Origin: an uncultured Candidatus Binatia bacterium
Lineage (GTDB): Bacteria; Desulfobacterota; Binatia; UBA9968; JAJDTQ01
Assembly (NCBI GenBank): GCA_965242525.1
Contig: OZ251459.1
Span: 3,808,001-3,872,000 of the forward strand
Length of the DNA: 64,000 nt
Reading direction: 5' to 3'
Both the position numbers and the translations under genes were made by a program. How positions within the stretch are numbered: the first letter of the stretch is position 1; every line of letters starts with the position of its first letter. This document shows positions 1-9,077 of this stretch, one piece after another. The notes below the pieces were generated by a model. The model saw only the letters and a program-made list of their open reading frames with translations. It was not told the DNA's origin and searched no databases.

Positions 1-167
1 CGGGCGCGTATGGCTTGCGCCAAGTTCTCCGGCTCGGTCCGGGGCCGGACCGCATCCCGCAAGATGATCCGCGCTTCTTCCTCCATGGAATGGCCCCGCT
101 CGGCCGCCCGCATTCGGAGCCGGGCCTTCACACTGTCTTCGAGGTTTCGGACCGTGATACTCGCCAT
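1..167 (-). CDS. FitA/Arc-like ribbon-helix-helix antitoxin (3' end outside window)
   Basis: Manual translation MASITVRNLEDSVKARLRMRAAERGHSMEEEARIIL..., typical of FitA-like antitoxins; GGAGG RBS upstream; missing from the ORF track because it runs off the edge. Confidence 0.8.
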   Translation of the reverse strand, partial: MASITVRNLEDSVKARLRMRAAERGHSMEEEARIILRDAVRPRTEPENLAQAIRA

Positions 168-212
168 AGCCTGCCCTCCATCGCTTGGAAGACAACTTTC
201 GATGAGCGCGAG

Positions 213-593
213 ATGTCTCCTGAACTGGTCCATTCAAAACGCCACGCGGATGCCCATGCTCCGAATCGTCCCGATGAACAATACGAATATCTGTCCTGTC
301 AAGAAGGCGGAACGGGACAACTGGACCGCATGTTCAGGGAACCTGGCGACAAACGCGCCAAGTCCCTCGAGCGAATCATCCGGAACAGGATGGTATATCT
401 GGCAGTCTTCTACAGGAACGAACAGACAAGGTGCAAATGCATCTATGAAATGGATCCCGCGGTCGTGCTCAAAGAGACCGGACGCCAGCTCGATCAAAGC
501 AGAAACGTCATCTCCCACGTGGGATTCTCCGAAGCCTGGGCAAGGCAGAACGGCCGCGTCGTCTATACCAATCCTTCCTTCGAACCTCGGTAG
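213..593 (+). pseudogene. C-terminal part of a PvuII-like restriction-endonuclease-fold protein, apparently 5'-truncated
   Basis: DAH..EQYEYLS, YLAVFY..CIYEMDP and ISHVGFSEAWARQNGRVVY resemble PvuII segments from memory; the upstream part of the ORF is occupied by the opposite-strand antitoxin gene. Confidence 0.4.
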
Positions 594-739
594 CGAACGG
601 GACAGGCTCCGAACGGAATCCGTGGCGACGGAAATCGGGGATGATGCCCGGGCTCGCAACATGGCCGCGCATGTGGTAGGTTGCGGCAACTTCGAGTTCA
701 TTCCGCACTTCGACGACTATCGTAACGCAGGGAGGCCAT

Positions 740-1543
740 ATGCACTGGGGTATGGAGAACAGACTGGCGCGCATCATCCGACCCGAGGATGGGCGCTGTG
801 TGATGCTGGCGGTGGACCACGGCTACTTCCTCGGTCCCACCAGTGGGCTGGAGCAACCGCGGGAGACCATCGAGCCGCTGCTGCCCCACGCCGACGCCAT
901 CATGCTCACCCGCGGGGTGCTGCGGAACGCGGTGGACGCGGCCATGCCGGCGCCGGTGGTGCTGCGGGTGTCCGGAGGAACGAGCATCCTCAAGGAACTC
1001 TCCAACGAGGACATCACCGTGTCCATCGAGGACGCCATCCGGCTCAACGTCTCCGCCATGGCGCTGTCCATCTTCGTGGGCTCCGAGTACGAGAAGGAGA
1101 CCCTGGTGAGCCTGGCGCGGCTGGTGGACGAGGGCGAGCGCTACGGCATTCCCGTGCTCGCGGTCACCGCGGTGGGCAAGGACATGGCGCGGGACGAACG
1201 CTACCTGGGTCTGTCCTGCCGCATCGCTGCGGAGCTCGGCGCCCACTTCGTCAAGACCTACTACTGCGAGGACTTCGAGAACGTGGTGGATAGCTGCCCC
1301 ATCCCGGTGATCGTGGCCGGCGGCAAGAAGACCCCGGAGACGGAGGCGTTGCAGCTCACCCGGAACGCGGTGGACCACGGCGCGGTGGGGGTCGATATGG
1401 GCCGGAACATCTTCCAGTCCGACGCCCCCGCGGGAATGATCCGGGCGGTTCGGGCCATCGTCCACGACGATGCCTCGGTCGAGGAGGCCTACGGGATCTA
1501 CGAGTCTTCGAGGCCCTCCGCGGCGGAGCGGGCCGCGGGTTGA
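740..1543 (+). CDS. lsrF: LsrF-like class I aldolase/thiolase (DeoC/FbaB family)
   Basis: MLAVDHGYFLGPT, ELGAHFVKTYY, VAGGKK, GVDMGRNIFQ motifs; GGAGG RBS. Confidence 0.85.
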   Translation: MHWGMENRLARIIRPEDGRCVMLAVDHGYFLGPTSGLEQPRETIEPLLPHADAIMLTRGVLRNAVDAAMPAPVVLRVSGGTSILKELSNEDITVSIEDAIRLNVSAMALSIFVGSEYEKETLVSLARLVDEGERYGIPVLAVTAVGKDMARDERYLGLSCRIAAELGAHFVKTYYCEDFENVVDSCPIPVIVAGGKKTPETEALQLTRNAVDHGAVGVDMGRNIFQSDAPAGMIRAVRAIVHDDASVEEAYGIYESSRPSAAERAAG

Positions 1544-1652
1544 CCCGGGGCCCGACGCCGATGGGGCGGCTTCGCTGACGGACACGTCGGCGCACGGCCG
1601 CCAGGACCTCCCTCGCGCCGCCGGACCCCGGCCCGGACTTCGGGAACGAGCC

Positions 1653-2681
1653 ATGCGCGTCGCCATGTACTACAGCAACGACGACGTCCGGGTGGAGGAG
1701 GCGCCGGTTCCCTCCGCGGGCCCGGGCGAGTTGCTGCTCCGGGTCCACGCCAGCGGCATCTGCGGCACCGACGTGCTGGAATGGTACCGTCGCAAGCAGG
1801 CGCCGGTGGTGCTCGGACACGAGGTGGCCGGCGAAGTAGCCGAGGTCGGACCCGGAGTCGAGGCTTTCGCCCCCGGCGACCGCATCGTCGCCACCCACCA
1901 CGTCCCCTGCCAGGACTGCCGCTACTGCCGTTCCGGGCACGCCTCCGTGTGCCAGCTCATGCGGCAGACCCGCTTCGACCCCGGAGGCTTTGCCGAGTAC
2001 CTGAAGCTGGCAAAGGCCAACGTGGATTCCGGCGCCTTCCTCCTTCCCGACTCCCTGTCCTTCGTGCAGGGCTCGTTCGTGGAGCCGCTGGGCTGCGTGG
2101 TCCGGGCATGGGACCATGCGCGCGCCCCCGTGCAGGAGACCGTGCTGGTCATGGGCGCCGGCATCGCCGGCCTGCTGCACGTCCAACTGGCCCGGAGCCG
2201 CGGCGTGAAGACCCTGGCGGCCACGGACTTGAACGAAGAGCGCCTGCGTCTCGCCCGGTCCCTGGGCGCGCACGAGGCCATCCCTGCCGGGGACGACGTA
2301 CCCGCGCGCCTGCGGGAGGCGAGCGGCGGACGGCTGGCGGACCTGGTGGTCGTGTGCACCGGGGCGGCCCCGGCCATCCGGCAGGCGTTCCAATGCGTGG
2401 AGCGCGGCGGCACGCTGCTCTTCTTCGCCTCCGCCCCCGAAGGGCAAGCGGTGCCCGTGCCGTTGTACGAGATGTGGCGCGACGAGGTGAGGCTCGTCAC
2501 CTCCTACGGGGCAAGCCCACAGGACCTGGAGAAAGCCGTCGAGCTACTGGCGGGGGGAAAGGTCCTGGTGGACCGCCTCGTTACCCATCGACTGGCGCTG
2601 GCCGAGACGGGGAAGGGGTTTCAACTGGTGGCCAACGCGCGGGACTCGCTCAAGGTCATCATCGAGCCCCAGCGGACCTGA
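1653..2681 (+). CDS. Zinc-dependent alcohol/sugar-alcohol dehydrogenase (MDR family)
   Basis: GICGTD, GHE, CxxCxxC(x7)C structural Zn site, GAGIAG NAD motif. Confidence 0.9.
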   Translation: MRVAMYYSNDDVRVEEAPVPSAGPGELLLRVHASGICGTDVLEWYRRKQAPVVLGHEVAGEVAEVGPGVEAFAPGDRIVATHHVPCQDCRYCRSGHASVCQLMRQTRFDPGGFAEYLKLAKANVDSGAFLLPDSLSFVQGSFVEPLGCVVRAWDHARAPVQETVLVMGAGIAGLLHVQLARSRGVKTLAATDLNEERLRLARSLGAHEAIPAGDDVPARLREASGGRLADLVVVCTGAAPAIRQAFQCVERGGTLLFFASAPEGQAVPVPLYEMWRDEVRLVTSYGASPQDLEKAVELLAGGKVLVDRLVTHRLALAETGKGFQLVANARDSLKVIIEPQRT

Positions 2682-2697
2682 CGGTCCGCGGTCCGGG

Positions 2698-2904
2698 TCA
2701 CTCGGTCTCCGGTGCTTCCGGCCGCGCTTCCCTGACCTTGCCCGCGGCCACCTCGCGCAGGGCCACGACGATCTCGCGGTTGTCCGACTCCACCAGGGGC
2801 TTGGCGCCCTTGAGGAGCTGCTTGGTCCGGCCGGAGGCCAGCATCACCAGCTTGAAGCGGTTGGCCACTTGGTCGAGACAGTCTTCCACGGTAATTCGCG
2901 CCAC
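2698..2904 (-). CDS. rpoZ: RNA polymerase omega subunit
   Basis: (M)[31 protein letters not shown]; GTG start with GGAGG RBS. Confidence 0.92.
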   Translation of the reverse strand: MARITVEDCLDQVANRFKLVMLASGRTKQLLKGAKPLVESDNREIVVALREVAAGKVREARPEAPETE

Positions 2905-2969
2905 TTCATGCCCTCCGACTACGCGGGCAGCGCGCCGGACCGGGAGCGAAGCCCGGTTCCGACCGGCCG

Positions 2970-4007
2970 CTACGCCATGCTCCGCTGCTCCGGCAGGCCT
3001 TCCTGCTCCGGGGTCTCGACCTCGAACCCCATGTCCTCGATCATCCGGTGGGCGTCCGAGGCGGCTTGGCCCGACATGGTAAGGTAACCGTTGACGAATA
3101 GGGAGTTGGCCGGGTACAGGCTCAGGGGCTGTAGCGAACGCAGGTTCACCTCCCGGCCGCCCGCCACCCGTATCTCCTTGCTCGGGTTGACCAGACGGAA
3201 CAGGCACAGCACCTTGAGGCAGTACTGGGGCGTCAGGTTCGACCGGCCTTCCATGGGGGTTCCGGGTATGGCGTGCAGGAAATTGACCGGGATGGAATCC
3301 ACGTCCAGCTCGCGCAAGGACACCGCCAAGTCCACCACGTCCTCGTCCTGCTCCCCCAGGCCGACGATGCCGCCGCCGCACGTGGACAGCCCCGCGGCCT
3401 TGACGTTCTCCAGTGTAGCCACGCGGTCGTCGTAGGTATGGGTGGAGCAGATCTCCGGGTGGTAGCGGCTGCTGGTGTTCAGGTTGTGGTTGATCCGCTC
3501 GACGCCGGCCTCCTTGAGGATCCGCGCCTTGGATTCCGTGAGCAGCCCCATGCAGGCGCACACGTTGATGGGCACCCGGCGCTTGATCTCCGCCACGGCC
3601 TCGGCCATCTTCTCGGTCTCCCGGAGGGTCGGACCGCGGCCGCTGTTCACCAGGCAGAAGCGCATGGCGCCCGACTCCCTGGCCCTGACCGCGGCCTCCA
3701 CCAGCACGTCCTTGGCCAGGAACGGGTACTTGTCGATGTCCGCCCCGGAGACCGACGACTGGGAGCAATAGCCGCAGTCCTCCGGACAGAGTCCGCTCTT
3801 GGCGTTCATCAGCACGTGGATCTGCACCTTCTTGCCGAAGTAGCGGTAGCGGACGCGGAACGCCGCCTCGATCAGCTCCGGCAGCCGTTCGTCGGCGCCG
3901 TGGATGACCGACTTCATCTCCTCGGGCGACAGCAGCATCCCGTCGAGGGCCTTCTCCGCGAGGGCCGCGTACCTCGGCTCCGCCGTGCTCGGCTCCACCA
4001 TGTTCAT
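2970..4007 (-). CDS. bioB: Biotin synthase (radical SAM)
   Basis: [17 protein letters not shown] (CxxxCxxC), [23 protein letters not shown]. Confidence 0.93.
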   Translation of the reverse strand: MNMVEPSTAEPRYAALAEKALDGMLLSPEEMKSVIHGADERLPELIEAAFRVRYRYFGKKVQIHVLMNAKSGLCPEDCGYCSQSSVSGADIDKYPFLAKDVLVEAAVRARESGAMRFCLVNSGRGPTLRETEKMAEAVAEIKRRVPINVCACMGLLTESKARILKEAGVERINHNLNTSSRYHPEICSTHTYDDRVATLENVKAAGLSTCGGGIVGLGEQDEDVVDLAVSLRELDVDSIPVNFLHAIPGTPMEGRSNLTPQYCLKVLCLFRLVNPSKEIRVAGGREVNLRSLQPLSLYPANSLFVNGYLTMSGQAASDAHRMIEDMGFEVETPEQEGLPEQRSMA

Positions 4008-4093
4008 GGGGCTTTCGTGTAACATGGAGGGTGGGAACTTGCAACCGGCGGCCCGCAGGGACGCGCGCCCGGCCGGAAGGCTCCCGGGGCGCC

Positions 4094-4582
4094 TCATCCC
4101 ACGAAGAGCGTGAAGACCGCGCCGCTCTGGTTGGATACCCGTCTGGGACGCAGCAACCGCGGCTCGGGAGACAGCGCGCTCCGCGCGATCTCCCAGTTGG
4201 TCTGGGGCAACGGCTCCAGGGCGCGGATCTCCTCCAGCGACAGGTACGCCGCCCGGTCCACCTCGCGCCGGTCCGGCTCGGGCTCCGCGGTCAGACCCCT
4301 GAGCAGCAGCACCACGTAGAGGCTGTTGCCGGACCCCGGGTCGAACCGGCTGCGCACCCCCAGCACGCCTTCGACCTCGGCCTCCACCCCCGCTTCCTCG
4401 GCCACCTCCCGGACCACCGCGGCCTCCACGGTCTCGTCCGGCTCCACGAACCCTCCGGGCACCTGCCAGTTGCCGCGGCCGCGCCGGGACGCGCGCCGGA
4501 CCAGGAGCAGGCGCCCCTCCCGCACCACCGCGCCGCCGACCCCGACGTTGTACCCCTCGTTGTAGCGCTCCGGTATCGCCAT
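4094..4582 (-). CDS. NUDIX hydrolase
   Basis: Nudix box [24 protein letters not shown]. Confidence 0.9.
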   Translation of the reverse strand: MAIPERYNEGYNVGVGGAVVREGRLLLVRRASRRGRGNWQVPGGFVEPDETVEAAVVREVAEEAGVEAEVEGVLGVRSRFDPGSGNSLYVVLLLRGLTAEPEPDRREVDRAAYLSLEEIRALEPLPQTNWEIARSALSPEPRLLRPRRVSNQSGAVFTLFVG

Positions 4583-4700
4583 GCCGTCCTTTCCGCCCGC
4601 GGGGAGCCGTCCGCAATTCGGTTCCGAGGCTCCGGCATGTTATACCTTGGCCCCGGAACGCGAGTCCAGCAGCGCCGGACCGGCCGGCGGAGAAGCATCC

Positions 4701-5447
4701 ATGGTCGATGCCCTGGGCTGGCGGCGGAAGTTCGCCGTCATCGCCCCGTCCACGAACACCTCGGTGCAGCCCGAGTTCGACGACATGAGGCCGCGGGGAG
4801 TGACCAACCACTTCGCGCGGATTTGGATACCGGACGACCCCATCCGGGACGACGGGGACTTCGAGCAACTGATGCGGAACATCCGCGCCGAGGTGGACAA
4901 CGCCATCGACCGGGTGATGACGTGCCGGCCCGACTACCTCATCATGGGCATGTCCTCCGAAACCTTCTGGGACGGGGCCGAGGGCAGCCGGCGGCTGCTG
5001 GCGTCGGTGGAGGATCGGGCGGGGGTCCGCGCGGCCATGGGGTCGTACGCGTCGCTGGCCGCCCTGGAGGCCTACGGCGGCATCGAGCGCATCGCGGTGG
5101 TCACGCCGTACATGCCCGTCGGAGACGCCCAGGTGGCGCGCTTCTTCACCGACTGCGGGTATCGGGTGGTGCGCCTCAAGGGGCTCCGGTGCGAGAGCCC
5201 GGTGCAGATCGCCCACGTGCCCGCGGACACCCTGCGGGCCGCGGTGCTGGAGGTGGACGGCGACGACGTGGACGCGGTGGTCCAGGTGGGCACGAACCTG
5301 GCCATGGTCCGGCTGGCCGACGAAGCCGAGCGCCGGCTCGGCAAGCCGGTCATCGCCATCAACGCGGCCATCTACTGGTACGCCCTGCGGCAGAACGGGC
5401 TGTCGGACCGACTCCGGGGATTCGGCGGGTTGCTGGCGCGGTTCTGA
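4701..5447 (+). CDS. Asp/Glu racemase superfamily (maleate isomerase/arylmalonate decarboxylase-like)
   Basis: IAPSTNTSVQPE, IAVVTPY, QVGTNL, LGKPVIAIN motifs. Confidence 0.8.
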   Translation: MVDALGWRRKFAVIAPSTNTSVQPEFDDMRPRGVTNHFARIWIPDDPIRDDGDFEQLMRNIRAEVDNAIDRVMTCRPDYLIMGMSSETFWDGAEGSRRLLASVEDRAGVRAAMGSYASLAALEAYGGIERIAVVTPYMPVGDAQVARFFTDCGYRVVRLKGLRCESPVQIAHVPADTLRAAVLEVDGDDVDAVVQVGTNLAMVRLADEAERRLGKPVIAINAAIYWYALRQNGLSDRLRGFGGLLARF

Positions 5448-5471
5448 ACCGGGAAGGATGCGGGAACGCTC

Positions 5472-6263
5472 ATGGAGCCGACGGTCTATCGAGTCCCCGG
5501 GTGGGAGTCGGAACCCGGTCTGGCGCACGGGTTTCTGGGCCGGGGCGGCGGCCACAGCCAAGGCGCGTACGCGGGCCTCAACCTCTCCTTCGACGTGGGC
5601 GACGACCCCCGGGCGGTCAAGGACAACTACTGCCGCATGAAGGGCGCGGCGGGCATGCGCGGCGCGCGGCTGGTCACCATGCGGCAACGGCACGGCGACG
5701 CCGTCATCGACGTGGCCGAGGCGCGCAAGCACGCCGGCGACGGGGACGCCATGGCCACCGCCGCCCCGGGGGTGTTCCTGGGCGTGCTCACCGCGGACTG
5801 CGCCCCCATCCTGTGCTGGGCGCGCACAACGCGGGGGAGGCTCGCCGCGGTGGTCCACGCGGGCTGGCGCGGGACTCTGGCCGGGTTGGCGGCCAAGATG
5901 GTGCGGCACATGGAAGGCCGTTACGGCGCCGCGCCCCAACACCTGTGGTGGGCCCTGGGACCCACCGTGGGAGACTGCTGCTACGAGGTCGGCCGCGACG
6001 TTGCCGAACCCCTGGTGCGGACCTGGGGCGAGAAGGCGGAGTCCTCGCTCCGGCGCGCGGACGGCAGGACCTTCCTCGACCTGAGGAAGTTGAACGCCGC
6101 GCTCCTCCTGGCCGCGGGCGTGCCCGCGGAGCGGATCGCTTCGGTAGGTCCCTGCACCGCGTGCAACCCCGCGGCGTTCTTCTCCTACCGCAGGGAATCG
6201 CGCAAGGGCGCCGGCCCCACCGGACGCCAATCCAGCTTCATCGGGTGGTCGGAACCCCCGTGA
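5472..6263 (+). CDS. pgeF: YfiH/PgeF family protein
   Basis: LNLS, Q-HG, LTADCAPI, VHAGWRG, GPTVGDCCYEV, CTAC..FFSYRR. Confidence 0.88.
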   Translation: MEPTVYRVPGWESEPGLAHGFLGRGGGHSQGAYAGLNLSFDVGDDPRAVKDNYCRMKGAAGMRGARLVTMRQRHGDAVIDVAEARKHAGDGDAMATAAPGVFLGVLTADCAPILCWARTTRGRLAAVVHAGWRGTLAGLAAKMVRHMEGRYGAAPQHLWWALGPTVGDCCYEVGRDVAEPLVRTWGEKAESSLRRADGRTFLDLRKLNAALLLAAGVPAERIASVGPCTACNPAAFFSYRRESRKGAGPTGRQSSFIGWSEPP

Positions 6264-6284
6264 CCCCGCAAACGAAGGCCCGAA

Positions 6285-6690
6285 GGAAACCCTGAACGAT
6301 GGCGCTTCAGGAATTCGTGTGGATTGCGACACTCCCCATCCCGTCATTCCCGCGAAAGCCCCGTCTCGTGATTCCCGCGGACGCCCACCCATCGTCATTC
6401 CCGCGAAAGCGGGAATCCAGACCCTGCGAGCAAACCCCATGGCCCCTGTATGGGAGATTTGTACAACGAGAGCGAGGAAAGCGGATGGATTCCCGCCCCC
6501 GCTTCCGCGAGGACATGCTTTCGCGGGAATGACGGGGGCAGGCATGTGCGGGAATGACGAGGCGGGGCGTCTGCGGAGCAATGACGGCGTGACCCCTTTC
6601 CCTCCTACCTTACCCACACGAAAGCCGGAAGAACCTGAACGATTACCTCCCGTTCGTCCTGAGCGTAGCGAAGCGAAGTCGAAGGACCCG
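6285..6690. mobile_element. MITE family A copy (GGAAACCCTGAACGAT end), interrupted by a family B element
   Basis: Left end at 6285 matches the intact copy at 8866; the core CCCGTTCGTCCTGAGCGTAGCGAAGCGAAGTCGAAGG resumes after 6643. Confidence 0.75.
6301..6635. mobile_element. MITE family B (ISL3-like ends) carrying REP-like GTCATTCCCGCGAAAGCGGGAATCC palindromes
   Basis: Imperfect TIRs GGCGCTTCAGGAATTCGTGTGG / CCACACGAAAGCCGGAAGAACC flanked by perfect 8-bp direct repeat TGAACGAT (6293-6300, 6636-6643). Confidence 0.78.
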
Positions 6691-6693
6691 CGT

Positions 6694-6723
6694 TTGACAA
6701 GTCCCCCTCGTTTCTCTTAGGAT
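6694..6723 (+). promoter_or_regulatory. Sigma70-type promoter
   Basis: TTGACA (6694-6699) - 18 nt - TAGGAT (6718-6723). Confidence 0.6.
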
Positions 6724-6755
6724 AGGGGCCAGCAGGGAAAGGAGGTGGTCAAAAC

Positions 6756-6794
6756 ATGAGTGATTTATGTAGCTGCGAGGTGACTGAGACCTAG
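6756..6794 (+). CDS. Putative 12-aa small ORF MSDLCSCEVTET
   Basis: Extended SD AAAGGAGGTG (6738-6747) at canonical spacing, between a promoter and a terminator. Confidence 0.5.
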   Translation: MSDLCSCEVTET

Positions 6795-6844
6795 GCTCTC
6801 TAGCCTTTCGGAATTGAGGGTCTGGTCAATTCCGGCAGTACACC

Positions 6845-6887
6845 GAGCCTTGGCTGGCCAACGCGCCAGCCAAGGCTTTTTCATTTT
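6845..6887 (+). terminator. Rho-independent terminator
   Basis: AGCCTTGGCTGGC-caacgc-GCCAGCCAAGGCT stem followed by TTTTCATTTT. Confidence 0.85.
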
Positions 6888-6888
6888 C

Positions 6889-7014
6889 GGGAAGTCTGTT
6901 CAACTCCGGCTCGAACTCCCTCTCCCCAGGGGAAAGCGCATCCTTCGACTTCGCTACGCTCAGGATGAACGGGGTTGGTTGTTCAGAGAACGGGGTTCGT
7001 TGTTCAGGGTTTCC
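6889..7014. mobile_element. MITE family A copy, degenerate, reverse orientation
   Basis: Contains CCTTCGACTTCGCTACGCTCAGG core and ends TTCAGGGTTTCC. Confidence 0.7.
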
Positions 7015-7089
7015 CGAGGAGTCTCCCTGCGAGAACGCCAAAGACCTGCCCGGCGCCCATGGTCGGTTCCGCGGCGCGCTGCGCGGGGA

Positions 7090-7701
7090 TCAGCGCGGAG
7101 GCTCTTCGTGCCGTGTCAACGCGAAGGCCGCGGCGTTCCGCACCCGGGCGTCGGGGTCGCTTGCGGCCGCGCTCCGAAACGCGTCCAGGGCTGCGGCGCC
7201 GACCTCCGGGGCCTTGGCCAGGCTGGTGACCACCGCGACCCGCACCAGCGGCTCCGGGTCCCGGACGGCGCCGAGCAGCGCGTCCGCAAGTCCGGTCCCG
7301 GCCGCGCCCATGTCCCGCAGGCAGTACACCGCCATGCGCCGCTGGGTCGCGGAGCCGCGGCGCAGCAGCCCTTGCAGGCGCTCCCGGACTTCGGGATAGC
7401 GCTTGCCCAGATCGGTGAGCAGGAGCTGCGTGGCCCATCGAAGGTCCTGGTCGCCGCTCCCGAGGCCGCCGGCGAGCACTTCGAGGCAGAGCGCGGACGG
7501 GCGGGCGATCCGTCCGAGGGCGTAGGCGACGGACCACCGGGGCCGGGCGCGCAGCCGCCGGTCGAGGGCCTCGGCCACCCCCGGGACCTCCGCGGCCAGG
7601 GCCACCAGCCCCTCCACCGCGCCGCGGACCGCGGCCTTGTCGTTCTGCTGCAACGCATCGAGCAACGGTCCCACGGGCGGGTCCGGCGTCCTGTCCTGCA
7701 T
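7090..7701 (-). CDS. HEAT-repeat protein
   Basis: Repeated D-P-x-x-x-VR-x-A-A motifs (DPEPLVRVAVV, DPDARVRNAAA). Confidence 0.75.
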   Translation of the reverse strand: MQDRTPDPPVGPLLDALQQNDKAAVRGAVEGLVALAAEVPGVAEALDRRLRARPRWSVAYALGRIARPSALCLEVLAGGLGSGDQDLRWATQLLLTDLGKRYPEVRERLQGLLRRGSATQRRMAVYCLRDMGAAGTGLADALLGAVRDPEPLVRVAVVTSLAKAPEVGAAALDAFRSAAASDPDARVRNAAAFALTRHEEPPR

Positions 7702-7720
7702 GGCCGGGGGAGGGGCGGCG

Positions 7721-8542
7721 CTAACGCGCCGCCCGCGTCAAGTCCCGCAACCGGGCGGGGTAATCGGTGACGATGCCGTCGACCCCCATGGCCAGGAGCT
7801 CCTGCATCTCTTCCAATTCGTTGACGGTCCACACGTGGACCTCCACGCCCCGCTCGTGCGCGGCCGCCACGGACGCCGGGGTGACCAGCTCCCTGCCCTC
7901 GTACCGCCGCGGTATCTGCATGGCCTGGCCCGCGGACTCCGACCGCGGCTCCCGCCCGGACCACAGGGCGGCCATGAAAGCCCGGATCTCGCCCATGGCG
8001 AACCCCGTGGCCACGGACAGCCCGCGGCCGTGGACGGCCTTGCGAACGGCGTGCATCACCGAGTCGTCCTGGGCCGCCACCAGCACCTGCGGCGCTCTCC
8101 GGAACTCCTCCACGAGGTCCACCAGGGTCTCGACGCCCGGCGGCGACAACGCCTTGATCTCGACCGTGGCCCGGGCCCGGGGAAAGTCGGAGAAGAACTC
8201 CCGGAGGGTCGGGATGCGAATCCCCCGGCCGCGGAACGGGTGGGTCGAGCCGTGGTCTTGGGTGAACCGGAACCCGGCGTCGAGACGCTGCAACTCGGAC
8301 AACCGCATCTCCCGAACGGCCCCGGCGCCGTCGGTGGTCCGTTGCACGGTCTCGTCGTGGATGACCACGACTTCGCCGTCGCGGGTCTCGTGGACGTCCA
8401 ACTCGATGAACGCCGCCCCCTCCTCCAGCGCGCGGGCAAAGGAGGCCAGGGTATTTTCCGGCATGGAGCCCGCGGCCCCGCGATGCCCGCCGACCCTGGG
8501 CCGGGGGCCGGAGAAGAACGGATGGGATGAATATCCCGTCAT
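7721..8542 (-). CDS. Glycerophosphodiester phosphodiesterase
   Basis: GHRGA, PENTLASF, IELDV, VVIHD, HVWTVN, DGIVTD. Confidence 0.92.
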   Translation of the reverse strand: MTGYSSHPFFSGPRPRVGGHRGAAGSMPENTLASFARALEEGAAFIELDVHETRDGEVVVIHDETVQRTTDGAGAVREMRLSELQRLDAGFRFTQDHGSTHPFRGRGIRIPTLREFFSDFPRARATVEIKALSPPGVETLVDLVEEFRRAPQVLVAAQDDSVMHAVRKAVHGRGLSVATGFAMGEIRAFMAALWSGREPRSESAGQAMQIPRRYEGRELVTPASVAAAHERGVEVHVWTVNELEEMQELLAMGVDGIVTDYPARLRDLTRAAR

Positions 8543-8699
8543 GGTTGGGCCTCGAAGGAACCGATCCGGGGCGTTCCTTGAAATTTTGCTCTGCTGCGCC
8601 TATGATTCATGGGCTCGTTTCTTCGAGTCTCATGGTTCGGAGACCATTGGCATTGATAACCGTGCCGACCTTTCCCGGTCAAGAGATGGAAGCATCCAA

Positions 8700-9023
8700 C
8701 CTGCGCGCCCCGGCGCCTTCTCTCTGGATTCCCGCTTTCGCGGGAATGACGGAGTCCGGCAGCCTGCGCGCTGCGGCGCTTTCTCTCCGGATTCCCGATT
8801 TTGCGGGCATGACGGGGTTCGGCAGCCCGTGCGCCGAGGCGCCTTCTCCGTGGATTCCCGCTTTCGGAAACCCTGAACGATTATCCCCGTTCGTCCTGAG
8901 CGTAGCGAAGCGAAGTCGAAGGACGCGCTTTCCCACAGGGAGAGAGGGTTCGAGCCGGAATCGTCCAGGGTTTCCTTTCGCGGGGATGACGGGGTCCGGC
9001 AGCCTGCGCGCTGCGGCGCCTTC
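8700..9023. repeat. Tandem array of ~63-bp units, each with a GGATTCCCGC-tttc-GCGGGAATGAC palindrome
   Basis: Unit starts at 8700, 8763, 8826 and (partial) 9003; third unit is split by a MITE. Confidence 0.85.
8866..8975. mobile_element. Intact 110-bp MITE family A (IS5-like ends)
   Basis: TIRs GGAAACCCTGAACGATT / AATCGTCCAGGGTTTCC; 4-bp TSD TTTC (8862-8865, 8976-8979). Confidence 0.85.
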
Positions 9024-9077
9024 GGCGAGGCGGGGAGCGGCCGCGGGCCGCGGGAACGCGGCAGGCGAGGGGCGTAC

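Noticed and set aside
2970-6617. 1215-aa bioB fusion
   Set aside because: Only the last ~345 aa are BioB; the rest overlaps real genes and repeats
6738-6750. 16S rRNA 3'-end fragment on the minus strand
   Set aside because: Complementarity is limited to the SD-length stretch; no adjacent rRNA sequence
8700-9023. CRISPR array
   Set aside because: Inter-palindrome segments resemble each other rather than being unique spacers; no cas genes in the window
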